A program made the translations under genes and the position numbers. Positions 1 through 8,300 of a stretch of DNA of 37,643 bases are shown one piece after another. The first letter of the stretch is position 1, and every line of letters begins with the position of its first letter. The stretch comes from Nemertoderma westbladi (Eukaryota; Animalia; Xenacoelomorpha). Below the pieces are notes generated by a model. It did no database searches. It worked only from the letters and a program-made list of their open reading frames with translations, and was not told the origin of the DNA. Where the stretch lies: assembly GCA_032718475.1 (NCBI GenBank), contig JAUCBJ010004829.1:1-37643 (forward strand), given 5' to 3'.

Positions 1-893
1 TTAGTTTGATATTGTAAACTTAGTAGGTATATACTAAAAAGCCATAAACACCGTTCATATATCTGTATATACTAAATTATATTTATTAAGTAATATTTAA
101 ATCATAGTGTAATGCTGACACATTTAGTTACTTAGTTTGATATTGTAAACTTAGTAGGTATATACTAAAAAGCCATAAACACCGTTCATATATCTGTATA
201 TACTAAATTTTAGTTTGATAGTGAAAACTTAGTAGGTATATATTAAAATACCATATACACCGTTCATATATCTGTATATACTAAATTATATTTATTAAGT
301 AATATTTAAATCATAGTGTAATGCTGACACATTTAGTTACTTAGTTTGATAGTGAAAACTTAGTAGGTATATATTAAAATACCATATACACCGTTCATAT
401 ATTTGTATATACTAAATTTTAGTTTGATAGTGAAAACTTAGTAGGTATATATTAAAATACCATATACACCGTTCATATATTTGTATATACTAAATTTTAG
501 TTTGATAGTGAAAACTTAGTAGGTATATATTAAAATACCATATACACCGTTCATATATCTGTATATACTAAATTATATTTATTAAGTAATATTTAAATCA
601 TAGTGTAATGCTGACACATTTAGTTACTCAGTTTGATAGTGAAAACTTAGTAGGTATATATTAAAATACCATATACACCGTTCATATATTTATACTAAAT
701 TTTAGTTTGATAGTGAAAACTTAGTAGGTATATATTAAAATACCATATACACCGTTCATATATTTGTATATACTAAATTTTAGTTTGATAGTGAAAACTT
801 AGTAGGTATATATTAAAATACCATATACACCGTTCATATTATATTTATTAAGTAATATTTAAATTATACTGTAATGCTGACACATTTAGTTAC
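1..893. repeat. Composite tandem repeat: 78-bp core unit with an optional 53-bp block (131-bp unit); 9 units, may continue past the left edge
   Basis: Units begin TTAGTTTGAT at 1, 132, 210, 341, 419, 497, 628 (TCAG variant), 702 and 780. Lengths are 131, 78, 131, 78, 78, 131, 74, 78 and 114 bp. Confidence 0.97.
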
Positions 894-946
894 AGAAAGC
901 CGTGAAAAAGGGTTGCGATACATTCCGATTCTCGATCTTTCTGGAG

Positions 947-1702
947 CTACTTTGTAATAGTAGTCGACTTCAGCAGATTATTTAGGGCGTCCACGGTTGG
1001 GATCTGCTTTGCTGGGGTCTCTCTGTCGTATTTGACATATACGTTTCCATTTCGGGAGTATGCGGAGTGGAGCAGTTGTTTTCTCCTGGCGTCCGTCGCC
1101 TTATTGAGAATGGCAGCGCGCTGTGGGATCAGGTTCTCTGTGAAGTAGAGCCCCTTCATTTGTTCCGGGTGGTCTTTCTTGGGGACGTAGAGCAGTTGGT
1201 TCCTTTGGGCGTGTCCGATAAATCGTATAATTATGGGTCGGTTGCGATTGTCTCGTTTAGCTCCCACACGGTGGACGATGTCGATCTGGCCTGTTGTGAT
1301 GCCATACCTTGAGTGCGATAAAAGCTTCTCGACAAATTGTCGGTCATTAGCTGTTTCGCTAACCGGTCGGTCCTCTTTAAGTCCGTGTAGAAGTATGGTA
1401 TTGCGTCGAGTGTATTGTTCGAGGTCCTCGTGAGATTTTTTAAGGGTTTGAAGCTCTTCTTTAAGGATAGTATTCTCGTATTTCACTTCAGCGACTTCCT
1501 CAGTAAGGTTAGTTAGTTTATCGATTTTGTCGTTCAATACCGAAATCTCCCTTTTGAATTCTCTACTAAGGTCAGCGATTAGGGTTTCAATCGATGAATT
1601 TCCCGAGTAGTCGGTTCCACCCTGTTCACCATCTGTATCATCACCGTTTGCCGGATGCGGGGATGGTCCAGTATTTCTGTTACCAGATCGTGGGCGCGGC
1701 AT
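947..1702 (-). CDS. LINE ORF1p-like protein (coiled coil + RRM + C-terminal domain; L1 ORF1/Transposase_22/baculoviral FP-like), 251 aa
   Basis: ATG start, uninterrupted frame. Heptad-like region (LSREFKREISVLNDKIDKL...LKEELQTLKKSHEDLEQ) followed by motifs typical of this ORF1 class: LEQYTRRNTILLHGLKE, IDIVHRVG...RPIIIRF, LYFTENL, YSRNGNVYVK. Confidence 0.88.
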   Translation of the reverse strand: MPRPRSGNRNTGPSPHPANGDDTDGEQGGTDYSGNSSIETLIADLSREFKREISVLNDKIDKLTNLTEEVAEVKYENTILKEELQTLKKSHEDLEQYTRRNTILLHGLKEDRPVSETANDRQFVEKLLSHSRYGITTGQIDIVHRVGAKRDNRNRPIIIRFIGHAQRNQLLYVPKKDHPEQMKGLYFTENLIPQRAAILNKATDARRKQLLHSAYSRNGNVYVKYDRETPAKQIPTVDALNNLLKSTTITK

Positions 1703-2077
1703 TGCAAAACTGTATGATTATTCGATGTAGTTTTCACTGTGACACCGACACTCAGTAGTTGTTGTATACGGTAGCTTTAAATATTTGTGAGTCAGACTAT
1801 TGCCAGAGTAAAACAGGGGTTAGGCCATTAAACCATTACCGGTAAGCAGTATAGCAGTACTAGCAGTTCTTTTTTGCAGTACTAGTGAACCGGGGAATGC
1901 GCACCGGGGAATGAGGAGGTCTGACCGAGTATCCCGGAACTCTGATCATAGGTTTACTTAGGATCGTTTGAGTCAAGCGAGCGTAGGTGGTACGTCGAAC
2001 AAGTTTTGCTCAAAACTCCCGTAAGTATAGCGAGTAAAACTATGTTTAGCGCAACAACGTCTCCGTGGGTGTTTATG

Positions 2078-2644
2078 TCATTCTGTTTGTTGATTGGGTT
2101 TAGGGCATTCATCGCAGTAATACCAAAGACGCTCGTCTTGTAAAGGAAACGCTGGCGATCTTTCTCCAGTTTTACAATATTCCTCCATCTGTTCGAAGCT
2201 ATCTGGTACAACAGGTAGTGGTTGATTGGCAGTAAGATACATCATAGTAAAATAGAGTCGTTTGAGTTCTACCATAGGGTTATGATGTATACCTTGTGGA
2301 TATCGAGTTTCTAGATTTTGTTGACTAGCTACATTGAGATAAGTTTCTCTCAGGAACTCTAAATATTCGTAAAAGTCACTACGCTTTTCCGGTTCTTCAA
2401 CATCTTCTCTTTCGAGTCGGTTTCGAATAGAATTTTCATGTTCAATTCTCAGTTTGTCATTCCGACTCTGCTGGGCATGATATTTAAACAAAATCATCTC
2501 CCTTTCGGTATCAACATCGTCCGTTTCGTGCAAATCGATAGGATAACCAGTAGTTAAGAAGTCCATATACGTACCATTACGATGCGTATAGCAATCGGTG
2601 AATTTTCTATAGTCCAATTCACGCTTGGGCTGTTCCTCGGACAT
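2078..2644 (-). CDS. Hypothetical protein, 188 aa from ATG at 2644 (open frame extends to an ATG at 2770, 230 aa); charged, with C-terminal WYYCDEC (CxxC)
   Basis: 230 open codons in non-repetitive AT-rich DNA, with protein-like composition from MSEEQPKRE onward. Same strand as the ORF1-like gene. No family recognised. Confidence 0.55.
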   Translation of the reverse strand: MSEEQPKRELDYRKFTDCYTHRNGTYMDFLTTGYPIDLHETDDVDTEREMILFKYHAQQSRNDKLRIEHENSIRNRLEREDVEEPEKRSDFYEYLEFLRETYLNVASQQNLETRYPQGIHHNPMVELKRLYFTMMYLTANQPLPVVPDSFEQMEEYCKTGERSPAFPLQDERLWYYCDECPKPNQQTE

Positions 2645-3514
2645 TGGCAGTTCGATATAACGTCCACCATCTTCCGCCGTGTGTTGACTCGCGTCGCCGC
2701 TTATCAAACTACCCCCTATCAACAAACGCTTGTAAAGGTAGAGTATATCACTCCCTGATACCAAGATCATCTTCTATCAACTCAGTCATAATAGATATAT
2801 ATGAGTTTATCGAGATTATAAATAAATAAGGCTAGCGAGCGTCGCCGCCTTTTACTCCCCCACTGCCCCCGGACAGCCCTGAGATCCTCAGCGCTGATGT
2901 ACTGCTGTCGCTGTGCCCCTCGCCAACGTAGTAGCCACACAACGACAACAATAATCAGCGCGAGTCACTCTACTGTCCGTCCCAAGGGCTTGAATATACT
3001 GGAGGTACTTGTTACAGATGTAGGATAACTTTCACAATTGCGGCTCGCTACTGTAAACACACTTTAGTAGCAACATTCACCTATAAATACACAAATTCCA
3101 CATTCCTGCCACAATTTGTACAAATTAGGGCCATTTGTCCGTTAGTCAGATGCCTTCCAGAATGCCACGTTATTATTATGTATCCTTGGATACTATCAAG
3201 ATGATGTGTATTACGCATTCTATTCAATGGGGCAAGCTTTCTATTGTTCTGTTAACTCGCTTCTAATTCTAGTGTGGTTGTTACTATGGTGACATTATGG
3301 AATGCTAGCGGTAGAATTAGGGTATTTCTCATGCATGCAGATCTGGGATGCTATTTAATAGCGACTCTTGGGTTGTTAATATTCCCTTTATATATGATTT
3401 TTATTAATTTTGTCGGCTATTGGCTGTACACTGGAGATTCTCTCACACTGATATACTTAATAGGGTGAATCTCCGCTCCCATGATCTATTAATTAACGGA
3501 ATTTTGGGAATGTT

Positions 3515-4086
3515 AATAATAATAATAATAATATATATTTATATAGCGCCTTTCTGAACATATTTCAAGGCGCTTAAAAACTATTTGAAACCAACTAAAA
3601 AAGGCTACGTACAGAGAATTAATTAATAACTAAAAAGTTTGAACAATATTAAATAAAAATCAGCAATATTCCTCTTTGTACAGGTGAGTTTTGAGTCGCG
3701 ATTTAAACAGAGTCAGCGTCGTGGCATCTCTAACTTCTTGCGGGAGGGAGTTCCAGATTGTTGGTGCCGCAATTGAGAACGCCCGTCTCCCGTAATTATG
3801 CAAGTGAAACTGCGGTACAAATAGAAGTCCCTTATCAGCAGACCGTAATTGTCGTGGAGGTACATAGGGAGTTATTAAATGGGTCAAGTAGGCAGGAGCA
3901 GCACCATGTAAACACTTGGAATGTCCACAAAGCTATTTTAAATTTGATCCGTAAATTTACAGGTAACCAATGCAAACGTTTAAGGACTGGAGTGATGTGC
4001 TCTTGTTTCTTAACGCCCTCTAGCAGTCGCGCTGCGGAATTCTGTACATATTGTAATTTTTTGATTGACTTCGAGGGTAATCCTGT
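3515..4086 (-). mobile_element. 5'-truncated L2-type (CR1/L2 group) non-LTR retrotransposon
   Basis: ORF2 C-terminal motifs, 3' stem-loop AGCGCCTT/AAGGCGCT (3545-3552/3567-3574), (ATT)6 tail (3515-3532), flanking direct repeat AATGTTAATAA at 3509-3519 and 4087-4097. Confidence 0.92.
3660..4086 (-). pseudogene. C-terminal fragment of L2-type ORF2 (post-RT region) with one frameshift
   Basis: Manual translation gives TGLPSKSIKKLQYVQNSAARLL...HITPVLKRLHWLPV..RIKFKI, then a 1-nt insertion near 3919, then KCLHGAAPAYL...LRS...YGRRAFSIAAPTIWNSLP...FKSRLKTHLY to the stop at 3660. Confidence 0.9.
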
Positions 4087-4193
4087 AATGTTAATAAATT
4101 GTATAAAATGACAATTTATTTAATTCATGAGAGGATATGAATTTAAAATTTATTCCCGTGAATTTTATTATTTGATATTAAAATAGACACAGT

Positions 4194-4520
4194 TTTATTC
4201 CACAACATGTCTGGGGACGCTAATCCAGAATTCCAGAAATTTTGTCTTTTAAGTATATCGGTAAGTGCTGCGATATCTTAATCGACTAAATTTTTAGAGG
4301 ATCTAAGGGTTTGACAGAATTTATTTTAACATTTGTTATAACAAATGTTGTTAATATTTAACAAATAGTTAATATTAGGATGGGCACCGATTTATTCCAG
4401 AACATGTCTGGGGACGTTAACCACTGATTCTAGAATTTTGTCTTTCAAGTATATCGATGGGTGCCGTGATATCTTAATCGACTAGAATTTCAGATGGTCA
4501 AAGGGTTTAACAGATTTATT
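4194..4520. repeat. Diverged ~130-bp direct duplication (4194-4325 and 4391-4520)
   Basis: Both copies share TTTATTCCA-AACATGTCTGGGGACG, ATTTTGTCTTT-AAGTATATCG, GATATCTTAATCGACTA and AAGGGTTT-ACAGA in the same order, offset about 197 bp. Confidence 0.9.
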
Positions 4521-4558
4521 GGTCAAAGAATTTAACAGATTTACTTTGACAGCACTAC

Positions 4559-5030
4559 TGTTAAATGGACATCTTTCTACTATATGTATTATTTAAAATA
4601 TGGTACGACAGCAATATTGCAAGAAGCAATGCCAGTGAGAAGAGGCAAGTCGTTTCCAAGGTCTACCCAGAGCTTGGTTTAGCCGACTAATACTCTACTT
4701 TACCAATAATACCTAAGTATAGTAGGAGCGGTATAGATTTTAATTTAATAAGTACTGACATTTCATCTTACTGTAGTCACGTATTTATAATAGAATACGG
4801 ACAGTAAGGAAAGAGAAAATGAAATTATTTCTCGCTGTTGCACTAAATATATAATATATAAGTAATTAAGTAATAAAAAAAATACGAAATATATTGCACT
4901 AATCTACTGAATAATTGTTAAAATATTATTCTATTAAATAAAATTAAATAAAACGATCATAATAATATAAATTACATAATAATGCGTTCATAAATATAAA
5001 ATAAAACAAATAAAATAATATAGTCACACA
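4559..5030 (-). repeat. Putative 3' LTR (~470 bp, TGT...ACA)
   Basis: Starts TGTGTGAC after the PPT. Candidate end ...CCATTTAACA at 4559. TATAAATA-like and ATTAAA motifs occur in the expected order on the minus strand (~4790, ~4740). No second LTR is present to confirm the boundary. Confidence 0.5.
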
Positions 5031-5046
5031 CCCACTCCAAACGCTG

Positions 5047-5362
5047 TTACATTGCGGAGTCCCTAGATGTTTGTTGGATTAGGGAGGTGGTCGTAGGAAG
5101 AGTCTCTTGTTTACCGTAGTTGCCAGACAACTCTCGGTCTCTTTCCAATGAACATAAACGACCATCCGGGCGATTAAGTTGCTGAGTTTCAAAAACGATT
5201 CCGGGTTTTTTGTAGTTACGTCGCATGACTACGAGTTCCACCGATCTCACTAAACCATCATCGGATATATGAGTCTCGATGATACGACCTGTCTGCCACC
5301 TCTTACGGGGAAGATCTGATTCCACAATGAGGACCATGTCTCCGGCGCTGACATTTTCTCCC
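5047..5362 (-). pseudogene. BEL/Pao polyprotein C-terminal fragment (DUF5641-like, downstream of integrase)
   Basis: NVSAGDMVLIVESDLPRKRWQTGRIIETHISDDGLVRSVEL...LNRPDGRLCSLE matches the BEL pattern GDxVLxxExxxPRxxWxxGRI...DGxVRxV...RPxxKLxxLE. The N-terminal side abuts the satellite. Confidence 0.88.
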
Positions 5363-8300
5363 ACTCTGTATATTTGTATATACTCTAGACTCTCTGTATA
5401 TTTGTATATACTCTAGACTCTCTGTATATTTGTATATACTCTAGACTCTCTGTATATTTGTATATACTCTAGACTCTCTGTATATTTGTATATTTTCTAG
5501 ACTCTCTGAATATTTGTATATAATCTAGACTCTCTGTATATTTGTATATACTCTTGACTCTCTGTATATTTGTATATACTCTAGAGTCTCTGTATATTTG
5601 TATATACTCTAGACTCTCTGCATATTTGTATATACTCTAGACTCTCTGTATATTTGTATATACTCTAGACTCTCTGTATATTTGTATATACTCTAGACTC
5701 TCTGTATATTTGTATATACTCTTGACTCTCTGTATATTTGTATATACTCTAGACTCTCTGTATATTTGTATATACTCTTGACTCTCTGTATATATGTATA
5801 TACTCTTGACTCTCTGTACATTTGTATATACTCTAGACTCTCTGTATATTTGTATATACTCTAGACTCTGTATATTTGTATATACTCTAGACTCTCTGTA
5901 TATTTGTATATAATTTACTCTGTATATTTGTATTTAATTTACTCTGTATATTTGTACTCTAGACTCTCTGTATATTTGTATATACTCTTGACTCTCTGTA
6001 TATATGTATATACTCTTGACTCTCTGTATATTTGTATATACTCTAGACTCTCTGTATATTTGTATATACTCTAGACTCTGTATATTTGTATATACTCTAG
6101 ACTCTGTATATTTGTATATACTCTTGACTCTCAGTATATTTGTATATAATTTACTCTGTATATTTGTATTTAATTTACTCTGTATATTTGTACTCTAGAC
6201 TCTCTGTATATTTGTATATACTCTTGACTCTCTGTATATATGTATATACTCTTGACTCTCTGTACATTTGTATATACTCTAGACTCTCTGTATATTTGTA
6301 TATACTCTTGACTCTCTATATATTTGTATATACTCTTGACTCTCTGTATATTTGTATATACTCTAGACTCTCTGTATATTTGTATATACTCTAGACTCTG
6401 TATATTTGTATATACTCTAGACTCTCTGTATATTTGTATATACTCTTGACTCTCTGTATATTTGTATATACTCTTGACTCTCTGTATATTTGTATATACT
6501 CTAGACTCTCTGTATATTTGAATATACTCTAGACTCTCTTTATATTTGTATATACTCTTGACTCTCTGTATATTTGTATATACTCTTTACTCTCTGTATA
6601 TTTGTATATACTCTAGACTCTCTGTGTATTTGTATATACTCTTGACTCTCTGTATATTTGTATATACTCTAGACTCTCTGTATATTTGTATATACTCTAG
6701 ACTCTGTATATTTGTATATACTCTAGACTCTGTATATTTGTATATACTCTAGAATCTCTGTATATTTGTATATACTCTAGACTCTGTATATTTGTATATA
6801 CTCTAGACTCTGTATATTTGTATATACTCTTGACTCTCTGTATATTTGTATATACTCTTGACTCTGAGTATATTTGTATATAATTTACTCTGTATATTTG
6901 TATTTAATTTACTCTGTATATTTGTACTCTAGACTGTCTGTATATTTATATATACTCTTGACTCTCTGTATATTTGTATATACTCTAGACTCTCAGTATA
7001 TTTGTATATAATTTACTCTGTATATTTGTATTTAATTTACTCTGTATATTTGTATATACTCTTGACTCTCTGTATATTTGTATATACTCTAGACGCTCTG
7101 TGTATTTGTATATACTCTTGACTCTCTGTATATTTGTATATACTCTAGACTCTCAGTATATTTGTATATAATTTACTCTGTATATTTATATTTAATTTAC
7201 TCTGTATATTTGTACTCTAGACTCTCTGTATATTTGTATATACTCTTGACTCTCTGTATATTTGTATATACTCTAGACTCTCAGTATATTTGTATATAAT
7301 TTACTCTGTATATTTGTATTTAATTTACTCTGTATATTTGTACTCTAGACTCTCTGTATATTTGTATATACTCTTGACTCTCTGTATATTTGTATATACT
7401 ATACTCTAGAGTCTCAGTATATTTGTATATAATTTACTCTGTATATTTGTATTTAATTTACTCTGTATATTTATACTCTAGACTCTCTGTATATATGTAT
7501 ATACTCTTGACTCTCTGTATATTTGTATATACTCTAGACGCTCTGTGTATTTGTATATACTCTTGACTCTCTGTATATTTGTATATACTCTAGACTCTCA
7601 GTATATTTGTATATAATTTACTCTGTATATTTATATTTAATTTACTCTGTATATTTGTACTCTAGACTCTCTGTATATTTGTATATACTCTTGACTCTCT
7701 GTATATTTGTATATACTCTAGACGCTCTGTGTATTTGTATATACTCTTGACTCTCTGTATATTTGTATATACTCTAGACGCTCTGTGTATTTGTATATAC
7801 TCTTGACTCTCTGTATATTTGTATATACTCTTGACTCTCTGTATATTTGTATATACTCTAGACGCTCTGTGTATTTGTATATACTCTTGACTCTCTGTAT
7901 ATTTGTATATACTCTAGACTCTCAGTATATTTGTATATACTCTAGACTCTCAGTATATTTGTATATACTCTAGACTCTCAGTATATTTGTATATACTCTA
8001 GACTCTCAGTATATTTGTATATACTCTTGACTCTCTGTATATTTGTATATACTCTAGACGCTCTGTGTATTTGTATATACTCTTGACTCTCTGTATATTT
8101 GTATATACTCTTGACTCTCTGTATATTTGTATATACTCTAGACGCTCTGTGTATTTGTATATACTCTTGACTCTCTGTATATTTGTATATACTCTAGACT
8201 CTCAGTATATTTGTATATACTCTAGACTCTCAGTATATTTGTATATACTCTAGACTCTGTATATTTGTATATACTCTAGACTCTCTGTATATTTGTATAT

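Larger units (their letters stand above)
4559..5362 (-). mobile_element. 3' end of a BEL/Pao LTR retrotransposon (polyprotein C-terminus, PPT, putative 3' LTR), truncated by the satellite
   Basis: DUF5641-like C-terminus, stop at 5047, purine-rich GGAGTGGG (5038-5031) directly followed by TGT. The left boundary is inferred. Confidence 0.8.

Noticed and set aside
2789-2963. Minus-strand frame with TM-like LALIIVVVVWLLRWR
   Set aside because: Immediately preceded by TGA, no ATG, under 60 codons.
1067-4111. Plus-strand ORFs 1067, 1233, 2644, 3274 and 3758
   Set aside because: Short, motif-free, and mostly antisense to better-supported coding sequence.
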